DNA from: an uncultured Verrucomicrobiota bacterium
GTDB lineage: Bacteria > Verrucomicrobiota > Kiritimatiellia > RFP12 > UBA3636
Length of the DNA stretch: 64,000 bases
Assembly (NCBI GenBank): GCA_947169825.1
Contig: CAMVRE010000001.1
Location: forward strand, 16,463 to 80,462
Direction: 5' to 3'
The notes under the pieces are model-generated. The model made no database searches, was not told where the DNA came from, and worked only from the letters and a program-made list of their open reading frames with translations. The position numbers and the translations under genes are program-made. Of the stretch, positions 19,329 through 27,967 are shown one piece after another (position 1 is the first letter of the stretch; every line of letters starts with the position of its first letter).

Positions 19329-20561
19329 ATGCAGGCGGACGATCTTGAATCAGCACAGACCGTGCTGCAGGACAAAGTATTCCGGCGCGCAGGCGAACTC
19401 GGATACGACGCCGACAAGATTGAGCCGATCTATGACGGCGTGGCCGATGCAGTGGCATATCTTGACGCGAAGCCGCGGTTGATGTGGATCCTCAAGGAGC
19501 CCTACGACGACTGGGACGACGATGAAAGTCCCTGCGGCGGCGGATGGACGTTCTTCCGGGATGTCGCGAAGGGAAAGACCCTCGCGCAGGTCGCGAACGC
19601 GAACCCGGCCCTTCGCAACGTGGCGTACGCAAGCCGAGCCATTCTGGGCGGCATCGGTTCCTACGCAGAGCTGCCGTGGATTGTGGATGCGCCGGCGGAC
19701 TACGAGCGCTCGCTGCGGAGCATCGCGTTCGTAAACGTGGGCAAGATGCCGGCGGGTCGGACCACGAGCGAGGAACGCCTCGCCGCCTGTTATGCGCAAT
19801 GGAAGGACGTTCTCTTCGAGCAGATCGATCTCTATGATCCGGACATCCTCGTCTTCGGCAACACGCTGCAATGCTTCGAGCCGGACATGGGACTTGATCT
19901 TTCCAAGCCGGTCCGGACCGTGAAGAACGGAGGATCGACGGTGGATATCCACGTTTGGCGCGGCAAGCGCATCCTCTGGGCGCCGCATCCCGCCGCTCAC
20001 ATTCAACCCGAAGAATGGGTGGATTCCGTCATCGAGGCGGCACGGGGCCCGTTAATCCAGGCGGCGCGCTCGGCGAGCGCGCCCTACCGGGAGGAATCCG
20101 CCAGTCCGGTAGGGCGCGATGGCCCCATCGCGCCGGATTCCGAAATCGCGGTACGACCGTCGCAGAAAGTCGCACCGGAAGAAAAAAGCGGGCAGGCCCG
20201 GAAAACAGCGGCGGCTACCGCTTATACAAGGCAGAACAACCCCACGAACACACAACAAAACGAATCCAAAACCAGGAGCAGCACCATGTCCCAAGTCCAC
20301 GCCAATCCCGACGAAATCCGCGACTTCGCCGCCCGGCTCCAGGCCTGCGACGAGAACATCTCGGACGAACTTTCCGCCACGGCCGCCGCGTTCGCGGCGC
20401 TCGGCGACACCTGGAACGACGCCAAGCGCGCGGAGTTCGAGGAATCCTTCGAGGAGCTGAAGGACTGCATCGGCCGCTTCTCGGCCTCCTGCGCGGAGCA
20501 GGTTCCCCACCTGATCCGGCTCGCCGACCACCTCGACGAATTCAACGCCACCTTCTGCTGA
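19329..20561 (+). CDS. Hypothetical protein; N-terminal ~240-aa unknown domain and C-terminal 91-aa helical WXG100-like segment (possibly two genes, see findings)
   Basis: AAGGAA 7 nt upstream of ATG 19329. The ORF is continuous, but residues 241-319 are the translation of a GC-rich palindromic repeat. An A/C-rich canonical leader precedes internal ATG 20286 (MSQVHANPDEIRDFAARLQA...LGDTWNDAKRAEFEE...). Confidence 0.5.
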   Translation: MQADDLESAQTVLQDKVFRRAGELGYDADKIEPIYDGVADAVAYLDAKPRLMWILKEPYDDWDDDESPCGGGWTFFRDVAKGKTLAQVANANPALRNVAYASRAILGGIGSYAELPWIVDAPADYERSLRSIAFVNVGKMPAGRTTSEERLAACYAQWKDVLFEQIDLYDPDILVFGNTLQCFEPDMGLDLSKPVRTVKNGGSTVDIHVWRGKRILWAPHPAAHIQPEEWVDSVIEAARGPLIQAARSASAPYREESASPVGRDGPIAPDSEIAVRPSQKVAPEEKSGQARKTAAATAYTRQNNPTNTQQNESKTRSSTMSQVHANPDEIRDFAARLQACDENISDELSATAAAFAALGDTWNDAKRAEFEESFEELKDCIGRFSASCAEQVPHLIRLADHLDEFNATFC

Positions 20562-20566
20562 ACGAA

Positions 20567-21769
20567 ATGGAAACCGTCGCCTCCGTCGAAAACATGGAAG
20601 ATGTCTCGTCGGCCCTCTCCTCCGGGGTCGAGAACGCGGCGGAGTCCGTCCGCGAGACGGGCTCCTCGCTCGACGGCCTCTCGGAGGCGGCCGACGCCGC
20701 CCTCGCCGATGCGGAGCGCGCGGTCGAGGAGGCCCGGGCAGAAGTCGTCCGGCTCGAATCGCTGGTTTCGTCCCTCGAATCGCAAATCTCCTCCCAAGAC
20801 GACGGCGAGAAGGATTCCGGCGGAAACGATTCCGCCGCGGCCGAACTCGCGTCCGCGCAGGCGGATCTCGGAGAAGCGAAGGAAGAGCTTCGCAATTGCG
20901 AGGACCGTCGCGAGAAGGCGGCGGCGACGGCGCGCCGGGCGACGGCGCTGCGCGAACGCTTCCTGGACGCGAGCCGAGCTTCGCTGAAGCGGATGGAGGA
21001 TCTCGGAACCCTGTGCGCCTCCCGCGTCCGGCATGCCTGCGAGGCGCTGGAGAAGTACATCGCCGAACATCCCGGACACGCGGCGGCCGGATTCGCCGGA
21101 TGGATCCGGTGGACTCCGCCGGCGAACGCGCCCGTGACGCCCGATGCGCTCGCCGCCCGGATCAAGGGCGCGAATCTCCGGGAATCCATCGCCTACGAGG
21201 CGGAGCGCGATCCGCGGTTCCGGTCCAAGATCGAGGACTACGGACGCCGCTGGGAGTCCGCGGCCACGCTCTCGGAGAAGACGGCCGTCATCCGCCAGGC
21301 GCGCCGGAACGCCAGCGGCGAACTGGCGGAACGCGTCGTGACGGCGGCGTTCCGCCCGATCGGAGACGTCTCCACGCAGAACCGGACCGTCTTCGACGAC
21401 GGGCGCTACACGAAGACGGATCTCGTCGTCCGCAACCTGCGCGCGCCGGTGATCCTCGGGCGCGGCGACCGCGCCTTCGCCCCGAAAGGAGGGACGATCG
21501 CGTTCGAGGTCAAGGCGGGACAGGCGTCCTACCTGCGGTCGCAGGAGGACCATCTCGCGTTCCAGGCCGGCGGGCACCGGACGGCGAACGCCTCGGCGAC
21601 GATCTGCACGGCGGACATCCACGATCTGCCGGAAGCGGAGGAGCGCGAACTGAGGGACAGGCTCCGCGCCGCGGGTTCGCCGATCCTCGGCATGCTGCCG
21701 CGGAAGCGGGATATCGACCGGGCTCTCTACGAAGCCATCGTCTACGGAATCGGGAAGACCAGACCATGA
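20567..21769 (+). CDS. Coiled-coil N-terminal / putative PD-(D/E)xK nuclease C-terminal protein (polymorphic-toxin-like)
   Basis: Ala/Glu-rich helical N-terminus (AERAVEEARAEVVRLESLVSSLESQ). C-terminal YTKTDLVVRN...GGTIAFEVKAGQ fits the D...(D/E)xK restriction-endonuclease-fold motif. Translationally coupled to the upstream stop. Confidence 0.55.
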   Translation: METVASVENMEDVSSALSSGVENAAESVRETGSSLDGLSEAADAALADAERAVEEARAEVVRLESLVSSLESQISSQDDGEKDSGGNDSAAAELASAQADLGEAKEELRNCEDRREKAAATARRATALRERFLDASRASLKRMEDLGTLCASRVRHACEALEKYIAEHPGHAAAGFAGWIRWTPPANAPVTPDALAARIKGANLRESIAYEAERDPRFRSKIEDYGRRWESAATLSEKTAVIRQARRNASGELAERVVTAAFRPIGDVSTQNRTVFDDGRYTKTDLVVRNLRAPVILGRGDRAFAPKGGTIAFEVKAGQASYLRSQEDHLAFQAGGHRTANASATICTADIHDLPEAEERELRDRLRAAGSPILGMLPRKRDIDRALYEAIVYGIGKTRP

Positions 21770-21966
21770 ACGACAATCTCGCGACCTCCTTCAAGCGCGC
21801 TCTTGAACTCTTCCGGGAACAGACCCGCGGCGAGTTCGCGACGAATCTGATGGAGAAGGTCCTCGAACCAATGGCGAACGAACTGGACGCCCTGTCGTCC
21901 GAAATCGAAAGCGCGAACCGGGAACTCTCCGATCTCGAAACCGAACTCGAAGGAAACAACGAATGA
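21766..21966 (+). CDS. Small helical protein (66 aa), hypothetical
   Basis: ATG overlaps the upstream stop (ATGA). Coiled-coil ELDALSSEIESANRELSDLETELE. Ends 4 nt into the next start. Confidence 0.5.
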   Translation: MNDNLATSFKRALELFREQTRGEFATNLMEKVLEPMANELDALSSEIESANRELSDLETELEGNNE

Positions 21967-24900
21967 AGAACGACATCCGCGAAACCAACGACGAAATCCG
22001 CCGCCTCGTCGGCGCGCTCGACGCGAGCCTCGACGGCATCCCCGCCGGGGAGGTCGCGCGAGAAGCGGCGCTGAAGGCCCGGGCCGGGAAACTCGACGGC
22101 GAGATCGTGGGCCTGCTCGCGAAGGCGGGCTTCACCCGGGAAACGGCTGGCGCGGGCGCTTTCGACTCCCTGCGCCGAGAGGCGTCCGAACGCGCAGCCG
22201 AACGCGCGGGACGCGAAGGGGAAGCGTCGGACGCCGCGACCCGCGCGGCCGCGGTCCGCGCGGAAATCGCGGGGCTGGACGCCGACATCGAGTCGGCCAA
22301 GGCGCGGCAAAAGGCCCTCACGGACCGGATCGACGCGCTGACCGCCGAAATCCGGAACCGGTGGATCGTCGAGGACATCTGGCATTGGATCTTCGGGGAC
22401 GAGGCGAAGGCCGAGAAAGCGAGGGCCGAAGGCGCGAGGGCCGCCGTCCGGAACGAACTGGACGTGCTCCTCGGAAGCCTCCACGAGAAGGAGGAGCGCC
22501 GGAACGCTCTCGCCGCCGAAGAGTCGGACCTGCGCCGCCAGGAGGCCGAACTCGACGCCCGGATCGGGGAGAACGCCGCGCGGCAGAACGCCTTCCGAAA
22601 CGCCGTCGCGACGGCGCGGGAACACGGGAAGGTCCTCGCGGAACTGTCCGATCTGAAAGGCCGGCAGGAGAAGCGGGCCGCCGAACGCGCGCAGGCGGGA
22701 CGCGACGCAGCAAGGGAGCTCGGGGAGCGCGTCGCGGACATCCTCGGCGCGCAGCCCCGGCTCGCGGACCTCGGACCGGACGGATACGGGCGCGCGGAGA
22801 CGTTCCCGAAGGCGTTTTCGTTCGGGCGCTACCGCTTCTCCGCGGACGGCCACGACTGGTGCGTTCCGCGGATCCTGCCGTTCCCCATGCCGAAGTCGCT
22901 CGTCTTTCCCGCGACGGAAGCGGGGACGGCGGCCGTCCGCGAATTCCTCCTGCGCGCGTTCCAGTGCCTTCCGCCGGAATCCCTCGAGATCACCGTGTGC
23001 GATCCCGTCCGGATGGGCGCCTCGCTGAACGGGTTCCAGGGACTCCTCGACAACCGGAAGCCCGTCGCCGGCGGGAAGTTTCCGACCGTCGCGCCCGAAA
23101 TTGAGGAGGCGCTGTCGCGGCTTCACGGCGCGATCGAGACGTTCCTGCAGGAGGAGTGCACGGGCGAGATCCGCGACTGGGCGTCCTACAACGCCGCCCA
23201 TCCCGACCGGCCGAAGACCTACCGGATCCTCGCGATGTTCGACCTGCCGGACCAGCTCACGGACGCCGCCGCGGGCTACCTGGCGAAGATTCTCGAGAAC
23301 GGCCCGAAGTGCGGCATTCTGCCCCTTCTGGCCCTCGATCCGGCGAAGCTCGACCCCCGGAGGCATGCCGCGCTGAAGGCCGCTCTCGGAGCCTTCGCGT
23401 GGGACGCCGGACGGATGCAGGGGATTTTCGGCGGCTTTCCGGTTCTCCGGAACGCGCGTCTCGCCGCGGAGGAACCGTGCGCCCTTCCGGACGACGCGGG
23501 CGTCTCGGCGGCCCTTTCCGGGCTGTGCGCCGGCTACGCGGAGCGCGACCGCTTCGCCGGATCGCTGGAGTCGGTCTTGCGGGACGAGGCGTTCTGGGGA
23601 GCCACGTCCGAGAACGGCCTGGAGGCGACGATCGGATGGGAGGAGGAGAGCCGGGCCCCCGTCCGGTTCTCGCTGAGCGACCAGCCGCCCGTCCATGCGC
23701 TGCTCGGCGGATCGACCGGCTCGGGCAAGACGAACCTGCTCCACGTGCTGATCCACTCCCTCTGCCACCGGTATTCGCCGCGCGAGCTGAACCTCTACCT
23801 GCTCGACTACAAGGAGGCGACGGAGTTCAACGCCTATGCGCGCCCGCTCCTGCCTCACGCCGCGGGCATCGCAACGGAGAGCGACGTGGAATACGGCATC
23901 TCGGTCCTGCGCCATCTGGAGCGGGAGCGCATCCGCCGTTCCGAGCTCTTCAAGGAGGCGGGAACCGTCGATATCCGCGGATACCGGCGCAAGACCGGGG
24001 AGGCGCTGCCGCGCATCCTCCTCGTCGTCGACGAATTCCAGCGGCTGTTCGAGGGCGCGAAGGCGGGCGCCGAGGCGGAGACCCTGTTCCGGAACCTCCT
24101 CAAGCTCGGTCGGTCGGCCGGCATCCATCTGCTGATGGCGACGCAGACGGTGAACGGGCTCCAGAACATCGTTTCGATCCGGACGTTCCTCGGGCAGATG
24201 GCCTGCCGTCTCGCGCTGAAGTGCACGCCGGAGGATTCGGCCACGCTGCTCGCGATGGACAACCTGGCGGCGTCGACGCTGCCGGGACCGCCGCACGGCA
24301 TCCTCAACAACGACCTTGGAAAGAAGTCGGCGAACGTCCGCCTCTGCATCCCGCTGGCGGATCCGGACGGCTGCAAGGCCCACCTCGAGGAGCTGTCCGC
24401 AGCGGCGGCCGAACGTGGCGAGGGCGTGTCGGACTGCCGCGTGTTCCGCGGCACGGCGCTTCCGGAGCCGCCCGCGGACGGCGGGCTCGTTTCGCCGGAG
24501 GAGATCCGCGGCCCTCGGATCGCCGTCGGCCGGACGGCGGACTTCGAGGAGGAGCCGGTCTTCGCGGACCTGGACGGAAAGAACCTGCTCGTGGTCGCCC
24601 GGCGATCCGACATCGCCGGCGGGCTCCGCCGCGCGATCGCGCGGGGGATCGCCGCCGGGGCGGGAACGAAGGAGGTCCTTCTCTATTCGGAGAATCCGGA
24701 GGACTGGAACGCCCTCGACGGGGCCGCGAACATCGTCCGCGTCGACGACGAATGGAGCGGCGAGAACCTCGACGAGTTTGCGGCAAGGGACGCGGCCCGC
24801 AAGGTCGTCGTCCTCGACGGGTTCGAAAATCTCCGCGGGCTCCGCTCGGCGGGATACGTCCCCTCGCGGAGCGGCCCTTCCGCGGCGGAACGCCTCCGCG

Positions 24901-25181
24901 CGCTGGTCGAGCGACCGAAGAAAAGCGGCGTGCAGCTCGTGCTGCTCTTCCGCGACTACGGACGGGCGTGCCAGGACGCCAAGGGCCTGCTCTCGGTCTG
25001 CGACCTGCGCATCGGAGACATGACGCTCTCCGAACCGGCGAAGTTCCTCGGCTTCGAGGGAATCGGGCCGAGGGAGGTTCCGGCGCTCTCCCCGACCAAG
25101 GCCGTGCTGATCGACCGCGACGCCGACGGACCGGCCGTGTTCCGGCCGTTCGCGCAATCGAAAGGGGGCGCGCAATGGTAG
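21963..25181 (+). CDS. FtsK/SpoIIIE-family ATPase (single ATPase domain) with N-terminal coiled-coil region
   Basis: Walker A LLGGSTGSGKTNLLHVLI, Walker B RILLVVDEFQRLF, and GRSAGIHLLMATQTVNGL. GAAGGA RBS. No TM segment apparent. Confidence 0.85.
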   Translation: MKNDIRETNDEIRRLVGALDASLDGIPAGEVAREAALKARAGKLDGEIVGLLAKAGFTRETAGAGAFDSLRREASERAAERAGREGEASDAATRAAAVRAEIAGLDADIESAKARQKALTDRIDALTAEIRNRWIVEDIWHWIFGDEAKAEKARAEGARAAVRNELDVLLGSLHEKEERRNALAAEESDLRRQEAELDARIGENAARQNAFRNAVATAREHGKVLAELSDLKGRQEKRAAERAQAGRDAARELGERVADILGAQPRLADLGPDGYGRAETFPKAFSFGRYRFSADGHDWCVPRILPFPMPKSLVFPATEAGTAAVREFLLRAFQCLPPESLEITVCDPVRMGASLNGFQGLLDNRKPVAGGKFPTVAPEIEEALSRLHGAIETFLQEECTGEIRDWASYNAAHPDRPKTYRILAMFDLPDQLTDAAAGYLAKILENGPKCGILPLLALDPAKLDPRRHAALKAALGAFAWDAGRMQGIFGGFPVLRNARLAAEEPCALPDDAGVSAALSGLCAGYAERDRFAGSLESVLRDEAFWGATSENGLEATIGWEEESRAPVRFSLSDQPPVHALLGGSTGSGKTNLLHVLIHSLCHRYSPRELNLYLLDYKEATEFNAYARPLLPHAAGIATESDVEYGISVLRHLERERIRRSELFKEAGTVDIRGYRRKTGEALPRILLVVDEFQRLFEGAKAGAEAETLFRNLLKLGRSAGIHLLMATQTVNGLQNIVSIRTFLGQMACRLALKCTPEDSATLLAMDNLAASTLPGPPHGILNNDLGKKSANVRLCIPLADPDGCKAHLEELSAAAAERGEGVSDCRVFRGTALPEPPADGGLVSPEEIRGPRIAVGRTADFEEEPVFADLDGKNLLVVARRSDIAGGLRRAIARGIAAGAGTKEVLLYSENPEDWNALDGAANIVRVDDEWSGENLDEFAARDAARKVVVLDGFENLRGLRSAGYVPSRSGPSAAERLRALVERPKKSGVQLVLLFRDYGRACQDAKGLLSVCDLRIGDMTLSEPAKFLGFEGIGPREVPALSPTKAVLIDRDADGPAVFRPFAQSKGGAQW

Positions 25182-25344
25182 GGCGCGACGGCCCGTCGCG
25201 CCGGGCGCCGCGGCGCGTTCGGCGAACGCGCCCTACCGGGATCGGAATCCTCCTTGTGTTTCGGTGGAAAACCCGGAGCGTTGGGATTTATAGAAAGTGA
25301 AAGGACGACGGCCGTCCCGCGAAACCAACCGAAACGATAGCGAC

Positions 25345-26562
25345 ATGAACGAAGAGAACCTCCCCGCCCTCCCGATTCCGCACTGCCCCGTGATGATCGT
25401 CCTCGACACGTCCCACAGCATGTGGGGCCGCGGGATGCAGGACCAGCAGGACGCGCTCAAGGCCTTCCACAAGACCCTGGGCGCGCTCGAATTCGCCGAC
25501 TCGCGGATCGAGATCGCGGCGGTCGGGATGGGCGAGAACCTGAAGGTGCTGCAGCCCTTCGCGCCGCTCGCGGAGTCGAACGTCGCGAATCTGGCGATCC
25601 GTCCGAAGGGCGACACACCCGTTGGCGGCGCGCTCCGGCTCGCGCTCGGCGAACTGCGCCGGAGGACGGACGAGCTCCGCCGCGCCGGCGAGGGCGTCGC
25701 CACGCCGCAGCTGCTGGTTCTCTCGGACGGGAAGTCCTCGGACGACTTTTCCGCCGAAGCCGCCGAGATCCGCCGGGAAGCGGCGGCGGGCCGGCTCGTC
25801 TGCCGGGCCGTCGCGACCGGCGGGAGTCCAGACCTCGGCGCGCTCGCGCGCATCGCGGGGGAGAAGGTCGACCGTCCCGACTACGGAGGCCTCCGCGAGA
25901 CCTTCGCGAGGATCGGCGAAAAAGTGTCGCAGACCTACGAGGACGCCGTTCCCGACCTTCTGATGGCCGAGACCCGGCCGACGCCGAGCGGAACCTACGT
26001 CGAGGAGAAGCCCCGCCCCCTCGGCAACTCCGGTCGCCTGTCCGGCCGCACGGTGCTCGTGGACGGAACGAACGTCTGCTTCTGGGGACGGAACGGAACG
26101 ACAGCGAGCCTTGCGCCCGTCCTTGCGCTCGCCCGGGCGCTCGACGCGGAGGGAGCGGACTGGCAGGCGTGCTTTGACGCCTCCACGCGCCATCATCTGG
26201 CCCGGGGAGGAACCGGCGACGAGGCGGCCTACGAGAGACTTCTCCGCAGCCGTCCCGAGCGCTTTTCGGAGGCGCCGGGTGGAACCTGCGCCGACGTGTT
26301 TCTGCTCCAGGCCGCCGCCGCCGACCCGAAGACCGTCGTCGTCTCGAACGACTTCTACCGGGACCACGTGGCGGAGTATCCGTTCGTCAAGGACAAGAGC
26401 CGGTTCTTCCGCGGCGGCGTGTTCCGCGACCAGCTCTGCATCCCGAATCTCGGGATTCGCTGCGCGCTGATCCGGACGAGCGCGGCGTCTGACGCCGAAA
26501 TCCGTGAAACGGAGAAAAAGAGAACCTCCTGTGGAATCTTAGACGAGGGATTCCTTATCTAG
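25345..26562 (+). CDS. von Willebrand factor A domain fused to Zc3h12a-like NYN ribonuclease domain
   Basis: MIDAS VMIVLDTSHSMWG...GDTPVGGAL...LLVLSDGKS. C-terminal VLVDGTNVCFWGR...KTVVVSNDFYRDHVAEYPFVKDKSRFF aligns with MCPIP1 (DGSNVAMSHG...IVVSNDTYRDL...SFVNDKF). The start may be GTG 25297 instead. Confidence 0.8.
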   Translation: MNEENLPALPIPHCPVMIVLDTSHSMWGRGMQDQQDALKAFHKTLGALEFADSRIEIAAVGMGENLKVLQPFAPLAESNVANLAIRPKGDTPVGGALRLALGELRRRTDELRRAGEGVATPQLLVLSDGKSSDDFSAEAAEIRREAAAGRLVCRAVATGGSPDLGALARIAGEKVDRPDYGGLRETFARIGEKVSQTYEDAVPDLLMAETRPTPSGTYVEEKPRPLGNSGRLSGRTVLVDGTNVCFWGRNGTTASLAPVLALARALDAEGADWQACFDASTRHHLARGGTGDEAAYERLLRSRPERFSEAPGGTCADVFLLQAAAADPKTVVVSNDFYRDHVAEYPFVKDKSRFFRGGVFRDQLCIPNLGIRCALIRTSAASDAEIRETEKKRTSCGILDEGFLI

Positions 26563-26620
26563 GACAGAAGGACGCATCAAACCAACCCGAATTCGAACAA
26601 CAACAAGAAGGAACAAAACC

Positions 26621-27883
26621 ATGTCTCTCCTCCTCCTCGGCGGTCTCGCCATTGCCGGAATTGCGGCCTGGAACGCGCTCTCGGACAGTTCGTCCGGCTC
26701 GACGCCGGCCGCGCCGCCCCCGGCTCCCGTTCGCCGTCCCCGTCCGTCTCGTTCAGCGGGTTCCTCCCGTCCTTGCAAGGCGACGCCGACGCGCCCCCGG
26801 ACGCCGAAGGCGCTTCCTCCGACGGGCGGCGGATGGCTCGCCCAGTGCGGAGCGAGCGCCGTCCCGACCGGCGGGCCGACGACGGTCTACGACCCCAGCG
26901 GAAACCCGCTCCAGCTCTCCGCCGCCGACGAACTCGCCAGCGGCGGCGAGGGGACCGTCTACCGCTGCCCCGGGCACGACGGGTTCGTCATCAAGCTCTA
27001 CAAGCGCGACATCGTGGACAACCCGGAGAAACAGAAGGCCGTCGTGGGGAGACTCCGCGACATGCTCGTCATCGAGGCGCTCCGCAAGGATCGCGACATC
27101 GCCTGGCCGCAGATGCCCGTCTATGACGCGAACAAGCGCGTGGCGGGGTTCGTCATGCGCGCCGTTGACGGAGCGTCCTTCCGTTCCCTTCAGGGCGCGG
27201 CCCAGATCCAGCGTCTGTTCCCCGAATGGGATCGGAAGGACCTGGCCCTCGTGGCGCGCAACTTCCTCGACAAGATGCAGCTTCTTGCGGACCACGGCGT
27301 ACTCGTGAACGACTTCAACCCGGCGAACTTCATCGTCGGAAGGGACCACAGGGTCCGCCTCATCGACTGCGACAGCTTCCAGATTCCCTCCGCGAACGGA
27401 GGCTCTCCGCATGTCACGACGACCTACTTCGCCTCTCACTCCGCGCCGGAGCTCCTTCGCGATCCCTCGCTTCTCAAGCGGTCCCGCGGGCCGGAGCAGG
27501 CTCGGTTCGGTGCAGCCATCATCGTGTTCCAGCTCCTCATGTGCGGACTGCATCCCTACAGCCACAAGAACGGAGGAACTCCCGAGGGAAACCTCAAGGC
27601 CGGGCAATGCCCGCTGGGAATCGGTTCGGGATGCTCGATTCCGACTGGCTGGTACAATCTCCTTAGCTACCTTCCCTACACGATGATGGAGAAATTCATC
27701 CGGATGTTCCGTGACGGGCACGGCGACCTCTCGGTTCGACCGACTCTGGCGGAACTGAGAGCGGAAGTGGAGAAGTTCCTCTTCGTCATGAAGAAAGATC
27801 CGCTCCGCAGGGAACTTGCCCCGGCGACGCCCAAGGTGAAATCGGACTCGAACCAAGGTCCTTGGAAAAAACCGGCGGCCTAG
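26621..27883 (+). CDS. Membrane-anchored Ser/Thr protein kinase-like protein
   Basis: N-terminal TM LLLLGGLAIAGIAAW. Gly-rich loop LASGGEGTVYRC, then VIKLYK, HGVLVNDFNPANFIV (catalytic loop) and LIDCDSF (DFG-like). Confidence 0.75.
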   Translation: MSLLLLGGLAIAGIAAWNALSDSSSGSTPAAPPPAPVRRPRPSRSAGSSRPCKATPTRPRTPKALPPTGGGWLAQCGASAVPTGGPTTVYDPSGNPLQLSAADELASGGEGTVYRCPGHDGFVIKLYKRDIVDNPEKQKAVVGRLRDMLVIEALRKDRDIAWPQMPVYDANKRVAGFVMRAVDGASFRSLQGAAQIQRLFPEWDRKDLALVARNFLDKMQLLADHGVLVNDFNPANFIVGRDHRVRLIDCDSFQIPSANGGSPHVTTTYFASHSAPELLRDPSLLKRSRGPEQARFGAAIIVFQLLMCGLHPYSHKNGGTPEGNLKAGQCPLGIGSGCSIPTGWYNLLSYLPYTMMEKFIRMFRDGHGDLSVRPTLAELRAEVEKFLFVMKKDPLRRELAPATPKVKSDSNQGPWKKPAA

Positions 27884-27967
27884 TGGAAAACCCGGAGGCC
27901 CAGAACTTAATCTAGGTAAAGGAACGAACAACCAAGCTTCAACAAACCCACAAACCCCGAACAGACC

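Noticed and set aside
20286-20561. Strict WXG100 assignment of the 91-aa protein
   Set aside because: The central motif is W-N-D, not W-x-G. It is kept only as WXG100-like helical hairpin pending profile search.
21510-25175. 1221-aa minus-strand ORF
   Set aside because: Antisense to the FtsK-family gene. Composition dominated by Arg/Gly/Pro/Ala typical of high-GC antisense frames. No motifs.
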